A stretch of 64,000 nucleotides of DNA, from assembly GCF_009914755.1 (NCBI RefSeq), contig NC_060925.1. The stretch is one strand, 5' to 3'. A program made the translations under genes and the position numbers. This document shows positions 17,751-33,139 of this stretch, piece by piece. Origin of the DNA: the human T2T-CHM13v2.0 reference genome, Homo sapiens. Position 1 is the stretch's first letter; every line of letters starts with the position of its first letter. The notes below the pieces were generated by a model. It was not told where the DNA came from. It saw nothing but the letters and a program-made list of their open reading frames with translations, and did not search any database.

Positions 17751-18492
17751 GTTACACACTCTATTTTCATTCTTCTGGTTATTTTCCCAAATCCTTAAGA
17801 CCTTTGCTTATGTTTGTTTTTTTCTGTCTTGATTTTTGTTGTTGTTGCCTGTTTGGTTTGATAGTTTGGGCAATTCATCACTCTCTTTCCCTTTTTGGCA
17901 TCTCCGGGGCTGAGATTGAGGGGAAGAAACAAAGTTTACCACCTCATCAGATATAGGAAAATTTGCCTCCCATGTCTCACCTGTAATCTTCGGGTAAGGA
18001 ATGCTTTGAAGAAAACAGTCTTCAGTGAAAACCTCAGGAAATTACCACAAGGCTTAATTAAATGGAGAATCTACATGGTTTTAGGAAAAGGATTATTTGG
18101 GTTTTTGTTCAAGTAGAATACTTCATTCTCTGTTAGTGCTAGAAAGTGAAATATTGCCTAAATTTATAATAATATTATCAGGCAGCAGATTAGGGAAAAA
18201 AAAAACAAGAAAAGTTTATCTTCTAATGATTGTTATTTGTCCTACAATTAGACATATTTTTTCTTAGTAGTATCAAAGTCGTATATTATTTATTATGTCA
18301 ACAGCCACATATCCTAAAACATCCAGGTTCAGATCAGATATTTTTGTGTTTACTAAGCTTTGGTTCCACCGCAATTTTTATACAACACATATATCCCTTT
18401 GCTCATTCACTCATGGTTTTGATATCGTAGGTTAGTTATCTTTATATTCTAGCTGTAAGATAGGAATTACTTAAAGAAGAGTTGCAAAAAGT

Positions 18493-18780
18493 AGCTGAGA
18501 ACAGTGGCTCATACCTGTAATCCCAGCACTTTGGGAGGCTGAGGCAGGAGGATCGCTTAAGCCAGGAGTTGGAGACCAGTCTGGGCAACATAGGGATACC
18601 TCGTCTCTACAAAAAATTTAAAAATTAGCTGGAGATGGTGGCAAGTGCTGGTAGTTCCAGCTTCTAGGGAGGATGAGGCAGGAGGATTGCTTGAGCCCAG
18701 GAGTCGAGGCTGCAATGAGCCATGATGGAGCCACTGCACTGTATTCTGGGTGATAGAGTGAGACCCTGTCTCAAAAAAAA
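18493..18780 (+). mobile_element. Alu (AluJ-like)
   Basis: ggatcgcttaagccaggag and gaggctgcaatgagccatga, J-type diagnostics. Confidence 0.9.
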
Positions 18781-19898
18781 GTGACAGAAAGGAAACTGAG
18801 GATTTTGCACATTAGCCCATGGGTTTTTTAAGGACTTATACAAATACTTGAGACCTAAAAAAAAAAGTCTCTAAAACAACAAAAGAAAATAATGTATTTA
18901 ATATGCTGTGGGGTAGGGTAGTGGGACTCCAAAGAAAATGTGCTTAGAACCTATGCAAGTCACCTGGGGAAATGATCTCCTATCTACTTTGTTCTTAGTC
19001 TACAACTTGAGCTAATCGGGAGTATTGGCTGATACAGCCCAATGGAGAATGGCAGAGAATAAGAATGCTTAATGCTGAAAGCTACAGTGGAGAGCATCTA
19101 TCCACATTTTCAAACTGTGCCTCAGATGCAAAAGGAAGACAGAGGCAGTAGATCGCTGGTCCAACCTATATAACTTCCTGTCATTACTGGTATCAGAGCC
19201 GCTCTACTTGGATCTATTCGAAGTATTGGGATTCTCTGTAGTTTTGTTTGAAAAATGAGTTCACAGCTTAATGTTAGAAAACTACTGATCTATTTTAACT
19301 TCATCATTTTAGTAAAGAGTGCTCTGAGGTTCAAATAATTTAAATAAATAAATTACCCAAGGTCTCCCAACTAGCTAGTAAAGCCAGATTTCCAGAATCC
19401 CATCCCAGTTCAAGACTATTTCTTCATACAGAGATTGAGCTCTCCCGATCTCATGTTGACAGGTGTTGTTCCTATCTTGGGAGGCATTTGGGTTTTGCTA
19501 GAGCAGTTGAAGTATAGTTTCATCACCTGTTCCCATGTGCTGTTTTTCAGGCCAAGGCCACATTCTGGAACTTGGAGGATATCTTTTTGAAGGGCTCAGA
19601 GGGCATCTGTGAAGCTAACTAGGGGAATAAAAATCATTTTATCTCATTTTTAGTACATGGATTACCCTCCAACTTCCACCCCTTAACAGAAAGGGGTGTT
19701 CTCTTCTCTTAAGGGGTGGAACTTCCTGTTTCAACTTCCTGTTTCCCAATGAGGAAAATAAAAACAGCTAAAAAGAAACCTAATAAGCAAAAAATACAAC
19801 AAAACCAGAAAGTACATAAAGGAGTAAAAGAGTTTATGATGGCAGAAGAATAACTAATGACCAAATCTAGTTTTATTAATCAACCATAAAGGCTATAA

Positions 19899-20530
19899 CT
19901 GTACTGTCTGATATGGTAGCCACTATCCACTTGGGGCTACTGCACACATGAAAGATGGCTGGTCCAAATCGAGAGGTACTAGAAGTATAAAATACACACC
20001 AGAATTATGACTTAATATGAAAAAATAAAATAATATAAACTCTCTCAATAATTATTCTTTTTTGTTTGTTTTTTGAGACGGAGTCTTGCTCTTGTTGCCC
20101 AGGCTCAAGTGCAAGGACACCAACTCGGCGCTCTGCAACCTCCGCCTCCTGGGTTCAAGTGATTCTCCTGCCTCAGCTCTTGAATAGCTGGGATTACAGG
20201 CACCTGCCACCACGCCCGGCTAATTTTTTGTATTTTTAGTAGATATGGGGTTTCACCATGCTGGCCAGGCTGGTCTCAAACTCCTGACCTCAGGTGATCC
20301 ACCCACCTCAGCCTCAAAGTGCTAGCATTATAGGCGTGAGCCACTGCACCCAGCCTCAATAGTTATTCATTTTATTGATTCATGTTGAAATGACAGTATT
20401 TTGAACATATTGAATTAAATAAGCCATATTACTAAAATTAATTTCACTTGCTTTTTTGCTTTTACTAGAAAAAATTTCAATTACATGCTTAAATATAATG
20501 TTCACATTGTATTTTTATTGGACAGCACTG
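19899..20530 (+). mobile_element. MER33 hAT-Charlie DNA transposon, split by an Alu
   Basis: ctgtactgtctgatatggtagccact...tattggacagcactg termini. Confidence 0.85.
20058..20355 (-). mobile_element. Alu (AluSq-like) nested in MER33
   Basis: TSD tcaataattattc/tcaatagttattc. Confidence 0.94.
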
Positions 20531-21068
20531 GTCTGAGAGTAACTAATACATGTCCATAACAACTGAGCTGAGAAGGCCAGGACTCATTACAGAAATAGCT
20601 TCCTACCTGCATGGCCACAGACTAAGGTCTTCTTCAAAGAGCAGCTCCAGACTCTGCACTCAGGCTTTCAATGAAGGCCAGACACTTATGTATCTTCAGG
20701 GAGTGGTCATTACAGTTCTTTCCTTAAGTGTAACTTGACTTTTACCTGGGGTTATGTACCTTGGCTGGCTTTCAGGGTTATTAAATAACAGCTTAATGAA
20801 CAAACACCATTCAAATTGATTTTCAAGTTCCAGTTCTGTGGAGTGGAAGCAGAAAAACACAACAGTCCCTGCAGTGAATTTCTACTGCCTCCAGATAAAT
20901 AGGACTAGATCTGATAAGACCCCAAACAAATTAAAGGGTGTTGCTCAGAACTTTGCCAAATAGAAATCTCTGGAAGTTTTATGTTCTGACATCTCTAAAA
21001 CAGATCTTTAATCAGGTAAAGACTTATTTACTTTTAGTTTCACTGGAGCCCCCTTTTGAAAGAGATGC

Positions 21069-21447
21069 TGATACGGTTTGTTCTGTGTCCCCGCTCAAAT
21101 CTCATGTTGAATTGTGATCTCTACATGTTGAAGGTGGGGCCTAGTGGGAGGTGACTGGATCATGGGGGTGGTTTTTAACAGTTCAGTACCATACCCCTAG
21201 TGCTGTCTCAGGATAGAATTCTCATGAGATCTGGTGGCATTTAAAAGTGTGTGGCCCCTCCCCATTTGCTCTTTCTCTCTCTCCTGCTCCACCATGGGAA
21301 AATGTGCCTCATTCCCCTCTGCCTTCCACCACAATTGTTCGTTTCCTGAGGCCTCCTAGTTATATTTCCTGTTAAGCCTGCAGAACTGTGAGTCAATTAA
21401 ACCTGTTTTCTTTATAAATTACCCAGTCTCAGGTAGTTCTTTACAGG
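21069..21447 (+). mobile_element. MSTA-like MaLR LTR
   Basis: tgatacggtttg...caaatctcatgttgaattgt...ttataaattacccagtctcaggtagttcttt. Confidence 0.88.
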
Positions 21448-21729
21448 TGCCTGAGAGGAAACAAAGTTGAAGTTGTTTTGTTGGCTTACAGTATACTTTC
21501 TCTCCCTTCTAAAAACCAAGTTTTGGGTCTAGGAGAAATATGAGGCATTAAACCTAGAGTTGAAGTTTGATTAGCATGGAAAATTGCTAGAGCTCTGAAG
21601 GAAAAAAAAATAAAGAAGTTGTTAGAATTCTAAAAAACAAACAAACAAACAAAGCCAATACCCCAAACAAACAAAGCACATGTTGGTTTGAGGAGGCAGT
21701 GAGATAGAAATTCACATTTGAAATAGACC

Positions 21730-22215
21730 TGCAGTAGGCTCAGTAATGGGCCTTGAAGCTATACATATCCTAATCCCTGGAACCTATGAGTACACAGCCA
21801 CAAAAGGGGCCTTGCAGATGTGTTAAATTAAGGATCCTGATAGAAGGAGATGAGCATGGCTTATCCAGGTGGGCCCTAAATGTAACTGTGTAATCAAAGG
21901 AAGCAGAAAGAGATTTGACCACACAAGTGGAGAAGGCACACACAGAGAAGGTAATGGGACTGCAGAAGCAGCGAGTGGAGTGAAGTAACATAAGCCAAGA
22001 AATGCTGGCAGCCCCAGAAGCTGGAAGAGGCCGGGAAGAATTCTCCCCTGGAGCTTCCAGGAGGAACCAGCCCTGCAGACCCCTTGATTTTTGCCCTGTA
22101 AGACTAATTTTGAACTTCTGACTTCTAGAACTGTAGGAAGAGTAAATTTCCATTGTTTTTAGCCACAACATTTGTGGTGACTTGTTACATATAGCAGCAA
22201 TAGGAAATGAATACA
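21730..22215 (+). mobile_element. MLT1D/C-type MaLR solo LTR
   Basis: TG...CA termini, terminal gcagcaataggaaatgaataca, 5-bp TSD agacc/ggacc. Confidence 0.88.
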
Positions 22216-22609
22216 GGACCCCAGTGACTTACTTGGCAAAATTAATCTATAGGCTGAATATTTTTTTCCTTCACATTAATTCATATAGGCTTAAAGCATA
22301 GAAGAAAGAAATCTCTAAGACAAAGTTCTTGGGAGAACACATCAGAGTAAATGTTCGAATCTGTATTTGCTCCCTTACTTTTCCTTATCTTTTATCCCAT
22401 TCTCTAAACTTCCCATTCCTTTCTTTCCTCTTTCCTTCCCTTTCCCAACACCCTCCACCTTCAGCTAAGTAACCTTTCAGATGCAACTTTAGATTTACTT
22501 TTATGTCTGGCTTGCCAAACCTCCATAATGTTAACAAAAACATTCCAGTTTCCCTTCAAGATACGTATGGTGTGACAGTCAATAAATTTATCAGCTCTGC
22601 TTTATTGTA

Positions 22610-24240
<1,631 letters not shown>

Positions 24241-24849
24241 TGCAGAACCTACTTGATCTTTGCATCTATGCTTATTCACAATTCAGGTTAAATATAAAGT
24301 CTTTAACAATGGTATTTGGTATTGTTCATATATTGGGTGTGATTTTTATTCCTTTTCAAGAAGCAGTATTTTATTTTTTATATAAGTGAAGCTAATTTCA
24401 ACTTCAAGCCCCCATTCTTCTGGAAGCTGAACATTTGATTTTAGTCAATTTGAGGTCTCTCCATTCCTTCCTCAGTATTACAGCTTAATTTGAAGAGGGA
24501 GGTCTGTTTGGTTCTTGTACAAGGTGGGTGGGGGTGGATACTCTGGTCTCCTTGCTCATGCATCTACTCTGGAATCCACTGACACACCCTTGGTCCCATG
24601 GAGCCTATGGCTTACCCAGACTTCTGCTGTACCCTTTTTGTCCCATCTTGATACTTTCTCAGGCCCACTGATCCCTACACCATGTCTAAACTATTCTCTA
24701 ACTGCTTAGAAAATGTCCTACTTCTTCTAAAACAATCTGGCTGTGGATAACATCTGAGGCTGTCTCAGCCCTGCTACATCAACATGCCAAGTATACCTCT
24801 TCTTCTCTAGAACCCGGCTGGTGTGCAGGACCAATAGTTTCTTACTGGA

Positions 24850-25550
24850 TCTCGGGAACAGATTCAAGAGATATTTAGAAGGAAAAATGATTATCTTTGA
24901 TGATTCATATATATCAGAGATGAAGTTTCAGGAATGAGTCCCCCCCCACCCCACCTTTTTTTTTTATGGGGAACAGGATGATGCCTTTTAATGAGACAGG
25001 AACCTTGGAAGAGGAGCAGATGTAGTGCATGGGCTGGAATCATGAGGTCACTTTTGAACATAGTATGTGTGAGATATCCAAAAAGAGAGACTGAGGAAGC
25101 AGTTGGGATTGAAGGCAGGGATCTGAAGCTTAGATGAGAGGTCTGGGATTGAGAATACACAGGGTTGTTTGTTTTTTTTTTTTTTTTTCAGTGTAAAATA
25201 GGGGGTAATGGAAGCCATGGGACAGACATCGTGGGATTCCCTGGAGAAAGGGAATATAGAACAAAATGAGAAAAGGGATTGAGGAAATAGCTGAGTAATG
25301 TTTAAGGATTGGCTAGGAGATGGAAAACCTGCAAAATAATCATGGAGGTAAGAGGAAAACAAGGAGAATGTCATGAAACAAAAGCTACAGAAGCGAGTGC
25401 TTCCAGAGCATAGGAGTGGTTAACAATGTTAAATGCCACCGCCAAGAGGTCAAGTAAGATGAAAACTGAAAAGTATCCTTTGGATTTAGAAGTTATTGGT
25501 TATCTCAAAAAAAGCAGTTCCAAGGTATGAAAGAGGCAAAAGCCAGGTTA
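24850..25550 (-). mobile_element. L2 fragment
   Basis: gattcaagagatatttag, gtgagatatccaa and aggtcaagtaagatgaaaactgaaaa...ttggatttag. Confidence 0.7.
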
Positions 25551-25599
25551 AAGAGTCTACTTTGAGCATGTGGGGCATTCACAGAAACTTCAGAAATCA

Positions 25600-26000
25600 A
25601 GCCTTTCTAGGAGAAGTAAACTGGCCCTGTAGTAAAGGTTACTCTAAATTCACTCCAACAAAGCTTAAGAACAAGTTTCAAAAGACTCAAGCTAATGCAC
25701 AAGTAAATTAGCTGCCTGCTAGAACAAAGTCTACCACCCCTTAAGAAAACAAATTCCAATGCTCAATAGAAAATTTTCAGTATCTTGTAAGAAACTTATA
25801 GTATCCAATAAAAAATTACTATATATGAGAAGAAGTAGGAAATTGAGACCTATAACCAGGAGAAAAATGAGTCAATAGAAACAAACCCAGAAATGAAGAC
25901 ATGATAGAACAGCAGATTAGGGGACAAGGACTTAAAGTTAGTTATTGTAAATATGTTCATGTATTTAAAGGAAAATGAATATAATGAGCAGCGGAAGATA
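25600..26000 (+). mobile_element. Old L1M 5'/ORF1 fragment
   Basis: ataaccaggagaaaaatgagtcaatagaaacaaacccagaaatga motif. Confidence 0.65.
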
Positions 26001-28914
26001 TTTAAAAAATACTACAAGCAATCATATCAAAGTTCTTTTTTCATAAGACTCCCCTCCAACCAATGCAATAACCAGCCCCATAGCTTCTTATCTGTAAAGT
26101 ATTTTGTTTCATGTAACTTTGTACTTTTGGTTCTCTGTATGCATGTATTTTAAAATTTTCTTGGGGAACATATCATACATATTCCTAAAGAAAGAATATA
26201 TATTCTCTTGAAAGGTGCCAGAGAAGTAGGGAGGTGGGTATGATTGTGATAGAACTCTAGATACCCCTCTGCCCTAAACAGCCATTGTTTGTAGGAAGTT
26301 TGAGACTTCCTGGTCTCCCACAGAGCAGCTGGCTAGGGCTCAAAGGATACACCTTGGTGTTTCAGGTCCATCTGTCTGATTGGCGCATCTGACCCTGAGG
26401 TGTAATAATCCTGAGTCTCACTGAAGCAGGTTCTCATAACTCTTTTTTTCCTCTTTTAAACCCTTCCTTGGGAGCTTTAAGGGCACCTTTTAAGGTATCC
26501 TTAAAATTAAAGGAGAAACGTTAATGAAAAGGAAAACATTAAAGTTCAAGAACTCATATGAAATATTTGTGAAAATCTTTGTCACAGATAAGTTGGGCTT
26601 AAGTCAAATCAAACAATTTAAGATTAAAGGAGAAGGGCTGAGTCTTCTCTCCTTGCTGTGTATCCCCATCAAGGAGGTATAAGTTTTACCTAAAGATATT
26701 CATCCCATTAACATTGATCTCAAAGATGAATTTGCAAATTTGAAATCTCTCATATTATCAGCTTTTCTAAATATGTTCATATGGTAGAGAACTCATGAGG
26801 CTCACATTACTTAAGTCCATGGATCACTTTGTAAACACTACTAAGCTTAAACTTTAAAATTATAAATTATTGGACACATTTTTACTTAGAATCATTAACT
26901 GGAAATTCATTTATTTCTTCCCTGTTCCATGCCAGTAAGGGAATTAGAGATCATGTTTTTAGCTACTCCCTGGATGAAGGAAAATAGAAACGTGTGTCTC
27001 AGTTGAGCGCACCAAGCTGTCATGCTCATATTTGGTGCCAGCTGGTCACCTGTTGGCAGTGCCAGTAGAGAGCCATGGGACTAAATTCATCCTGCCTTCT
27101 ACATCCAACATCAGTAGACCATCTCTGTCAGAATGTCTATTCCCCATGCAAACCACTTCATTAAATAGAAAACCTCTCTGTTTAAGTGATGTCTAGTTAT
27201 CAGCTTGCATTTTAATATCTAACAAATTAAAAACTACGTTAACTTTGAGGCAATATTTTTCCATTCTATGTTATTTTAAGAGACACCCATCTTCTTGCAA
27301 CAGAGCACAATTTTGTCTCTCAAACACACAGCTAAAAAGGTCAGCGACAAAAATAAGAATACAAAAATGAAACAACTCACTTCAAATATCTTTATTAGTT
27401 ATTACTTCTATTAGTGCATTTTATGCCATAGATATTTTGTTCCTAAAATCTCATCTTCTTTATTTTTCCTTCACCTACCTTAGTTCTTTATTTTATCCTC
27501 AATGGGCATGTCTCCACCATGGAAGATGAAGAAATAGAAAACTGGTCACCAGGACACTGTAGAAAGCAAATGACACATCATTAGGAACACAATCATTTAA
27601 CAGATCAGGCTGAGAATATATCATTAACAACCCAGACAGAAGACCATCATCTTCCATCATCATTTGAAATTAAAAAGTACCTCCAAAGGAATTGTTTACT
27701 GCTTTGCCTGCAAAAAGTGCTACAAACAGTAAACCAAAGAGACAAAACAGTCTTTAGTGGATTGTTAGAGCACTTAAGGAGGTGTAAATTGTAATTAGCC
27801 ATATGCTAGACTTACACAGCCCAATAAGAAATATGCCTGATGGTACAGAATCTCCCTGGCCCAGTTTTTCAGGTCAAAAGCAGAATGGCTGTTGAGTAAG
27901 GAATAAGCCACAAAGGAGAGCTACAAAACTATTCCATTCTCTGGCTTCCAACACAACAGGTCAGAACTCTTTCTGCACATGTTTGTGATGGCAGTTATGT
28001 TGCTGAGTTACTCTGGATGCCCAACCAGAGTTTCTGCATTGGAAGATGGGAGGGAAGGCCCTGTTCAGCTCAAGTGGCAACCCTAAAATCACTGTGGGTC
28101 AGAGGACACATTAACTCTGTTCACAAAGGAATCAGAGTGCAAATGTGTTACAAAGATAATGTTGTTCTATATTAATATTGACAAAGTGGTTCAGAGCTGG
28201 GGACCTATATATCTGAGAGTGGTCTCAGGTACTGGCAGAACAAAACAAACTTTTGAGAACTTGGTTTCATGTACTTCTCTGTTGACTGTTTGACTTTCAG
28301 TATGTCTCTTAACCATCTTTAGCATACTTTTTAACTTCCCATAGCCTTAATTTATCATTTTGATCACATAGGGGTTGGACTTGATTTTTTAAAAAGCGGC
28401 ATTCAAAATATGTTTGTGTATGAGTGCACATTTTCCTGTACCCTCATATTTCTGAGAAATCCTATAACTTTCATTAGCTTTGCAAAAGGTTCAGGGACTA
28501 AAAAAGGGTGAAGGAATAATCTTGGCTCTGGCAGATTAACTGTAGGAGTAGAAAAGGAAACAGAATATTCAAAGTCTTGTGCTGGAACAAATAACTTTCA
28601 GGATTTGATTTGCTCTGTTTGACTGAGAATAAGATGCTTCTTATGCAAATGAAGACTGATAAAGGATGAGTTTATATTGTTTAAAATGCAATATGATCTT
28701 TTGGCTCAAATAGCTGTATGCCAGTAATTAGGGATTAATTTGGTTCTGAAAATCATGCAAATTCTCTTTGTGAATTTGTGCATTAATGTAACTTTCTATC
28801 AAGTGATTTTCACTAGACGGAGATAAGATTTGGCTACATTCTTAAGGCAAATAAACACAGGGACAAGAGCCATGAGAATGAAGAAGAATTAATGGATATC
28901 ATCCTCCTTTATAA

Positions 28915-29280
<366 letters not shown>

Positions 29281-32200
29281 ATCACATTGCTTATGTTTTT
29301 ATTTCATGATCACAAAATAGAGCAAGGGTGCAATTTCCACAATCTACAACTTCATTCTCTTTCTCCTTGCCATCACCCCACCCATCCCATCTGGAACTGC
29401 TGCCAAGAAGGAAAAGTCTTCACTGGAATGCAAGCTCCACAAGCTAGAATTTTTGTCTGGTTTAAACACTGTATTATCTCTACAACAGTGCTCAGTACAA
29501 AGCAGGTCCTCAGCAACCATGTGTTGAATGCATTCTAATACTGATGATTTTCAGAATGGTTTAGGATTTGTGACCTCTCCTTTCTGAGCCTGAGTAGATT
29601 AAGTGTATCAAATTTGATTCCCTGTAATCTACTTTGGTTTCCTATTTTCTAAAAGCAATGGAGAGGGAGAGAGATCATTATGGCAGACCAGACGGGAGGC
29701 AGAACTAGATGATTCAGATGGACAGACAGTGTGCGGAGGCTTGCATTGTGAATTTTAGCTCCAGATTGACTGCAAGAACAAGCCAGCAATCCCAAGAGGA
29801 CCCACAGACCCTCTGAAGGAATCTGACTGCTCCTGTAGGACCCAGGAGACACCCCAAATACTCAGCCACAGCAAGACCCCCTCAAGGAGAGTCTGAACTC
29901 AGACAGGCCTAGCCCTGACCCAACCTGATGGTCCTCCCCTACCCACCCTGGTAGCTGAAGACAAAGGGCATATAATCTTGGGAGATCTAGGGCCCCACCC
30001 ACCATCGGTTCCTCTCCGTACTACCATAGCTGATGCTCTCTGGAAAGCACCATCTCTTGGCAGGAGGCCAACCAGCACAAAAATAGAGCATTAAACCAGC
30101 AAAGCTAAGAACCCTCACGGAGTCCATTGCACTCCCCTGCCACCTCCACTGGAACAGGTGCTGGTATCCACGGCTGAGAGACGCAGAGACAGTTTACATC
30201 ACAGGACTCTGTGCAGACAACCCCCAGTACCAGCCCGGAGCCAGGTAGACTCGCTGAGTGGCTAGACCCAGAAGAGAGACAACTATCACTGCAGTTTGGC
30301 TCACAGGAAGCTACATCCACAGGAAAAAGGGGAGAGTACTACATCAAGGGAACATATTGTGGGACAAAAGAATCTGAACAACAGCCTTCAGCCCTAGACC
30401 TTCCCTCTGACAGAGCCTACCCAAATGAGAAGGAACCAGAAAACCACCTCTGGTTACAAGGCTCTTTAACACCCCCCAAAAATCATACTAGTTCACCAGC
30501 AATGAATCGAAACCAAGAAGAAATCCTTGATTTACCTGAAAAAGAATTCAGGAGGTTAGTTATTAAGCTAATTAGGGAGGCACCAGGGAAAGACAAAGCC
30601 CAATGCAAGGAAATCCGAAAAATGATACAAGAAGTGAAGGGAAAAATATTCAAGGAAAGAAATAGCTTAAAGAAAAAACAATAAGAAATTCAGGAAACAT
30701 TGGAGACACTTATAGAAATGCAAAATGCTCTGGAAAGTCTCAGCAATAGAATTAACAAGTAGAAGAAGGAAATTCAGAACTCGAAGACAAGGTCTTCGAA
30801 TTAACCTAATCCAACAAAGAGAAATAAAAAAGACTAAGAAAATATGAACAAAGCTTCCAAGAAGTCTGGGATTATGTTAAATAACCAAACCTAAGAATAA
30901 TTGGTGTTCCTGAGGAAGAAGAGAATTCTAGAAGCTTGGAAAACATTTTGGGGGAATAATCGAGGAAAACTTCCCTCACCTTGCTAGAGACCTAGACATC
31001 CAAATACAAGAAGCACAAAGAACATCTGGGAAATTCGTCACAAACAGCTCATTGCCTAAGCACATTGTCATCAGGTTATCTAAAGTTAAGACAAAGTAAA
31101 GAATCTTAAGAGCGGTGAAAGAGAAGCACCAGGTAACTTACAAAGGAAAATCTATCAGATTAACAGCAGATTTCTCAGCAGAAACCCTATAAGATAGAAG
31201 GGACTGGGGACCTATCTTCAGCCTCCTCAAACAAAACAATTATCAGCCAAGAATTTTGTATCCAGCGAAACTAAGCATCATATATGAAGGAAAGATACAG
31301 TCTTTCTCAGACAAACAATTGGTGAGAGACGTCGATATACCAAGCCACCACTACAAGAACTGCTAAAAGAAGCTCTAAATCTTGAAACAAATCCTGGAAA
31401 CACATCAAAACAGAAACTCTTTAAAGCATAAATCACACAGGACCTATAAAACCAAAAAACAAGTTAAAAGGCAAAAACATAAAACAAAAAATCCAAGGTG
31501 CACAGGCAAAAAAATAGCACAATGAATGCAACAGTACCTCACATCTCAATACTAACATTGAATGTAAATGGCCTAAATGCTCCACGTAAAAGATACAGAA
31601 CCTCAGAACGGATAAGAACTCACCAGCCAACTACCTGCTGCCTTCAGGAGACTAACCTAACACATAAGGACTCATATTAGCTTAAAGTAAAGAGCAGGGG
31701 GAAAGGCATTTCATGCAAATAGACACCAAATGTGAGCAGGGTAGCTATTCTTATATCTGACAAAACAAACTTTAAAGCAACAGCAGTTAAAAGAGACAAA
31801 GAGGGACATTATATAACAGTAAAAGGCCTTGTGCAAGAGGAAAATATCACAATCCAAAACATATATGTGCCTATCACTGGAGCTCCCAAATTTATAAAAC
31901 AATTACTAATAGACCTAAGAAATGAGATAGACAGCAACAAAATAATAGTGGGGGACTTCAATACTCCACTGACAGCACTTGACAGGTCATCAAGAAAGAC
32001 AGTCAACAAAGAAACAATGGATTTAAACGATACCTTGGAACAAATGGACTTAATAGATATATACAGAACATTTCATCCAACAACCACAGAATACACATTC
32101 TATTCAATAACTCATGGAACTTTCTCCAAGATAGACCATATGATAGGCCATAAGAGTCTCAATACATTTAAGAAAATTGAAATTATATCAAACACTCTCT

Positions 32201-32914
32201 CAGACCACAGTGGAATAAAACTGGAAATCAACTCCAAAAGGAACCTTCGAAACCATACAAATACATGGAAATTAAATAACCTGTTTCTGAATGAGCATTG
32301 GGTCAAAAACAAAATCAAGATGGAAATTAAAAAATTATTCAAACTGAACGACAGTAATGACACAACCTATCAAAACCTCTGGGATATAGCAAAGGTGGTG
32401 CTAAGAGGGAAGATCATAACACCAAATGCCTGTATCAAAAAGACTGAAAGAGACTAACTGACATTCTAAGGTCACACCTCAAGGAACTAAAGAAACAAGA
32501 ACAAACCATACCCAAACCCAGCAGAAGAAAACAAAAATAACCAAGATCAGAGCAGAACTAAATGAAACTGAAACACACAAAAAAATACAAAAGGTAAATG
32601 AAACAAAAAGCTGGTTCTTTGAAAAGATAAATAAAATTAATAGACCATTAGCAAGATTAACCAAGAAAAGAAGAAAGAAAATCCAAACAACCTCATTAAG
32701 AAACGATACAGGAGATATTATAACTGATACCACTGAAATACAAAAGATCATTCAAGGCTACTATGAACACCTTTACGTACATAAACTAAAAAACCTAGAA
32801 GAGATGGATAAATTCCTGGAAAAATACAACCCTCCTAGCTTAAATCAGGAAAAATTAGATGCTCTGAACAGACCAATAACAAGCAGTGAGACTGATATGG
32901 TAATTAAAAAATTA

Positions 32915-33139
<225 letters not shown>

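Noticed and set aside
30211-30684. 157-aa ORF
   Set aside because: Read-through of the L1 5'UTR into the start of decayed ORF1, which then stops prematurely.
31732-32457. 241-aa endonuclease-like ORF
   Set aside because: A surviving stretch of the disrupted L1 ORF2. It lacks the N-terminal EN residues, and the RT motif is mutated (FADH).
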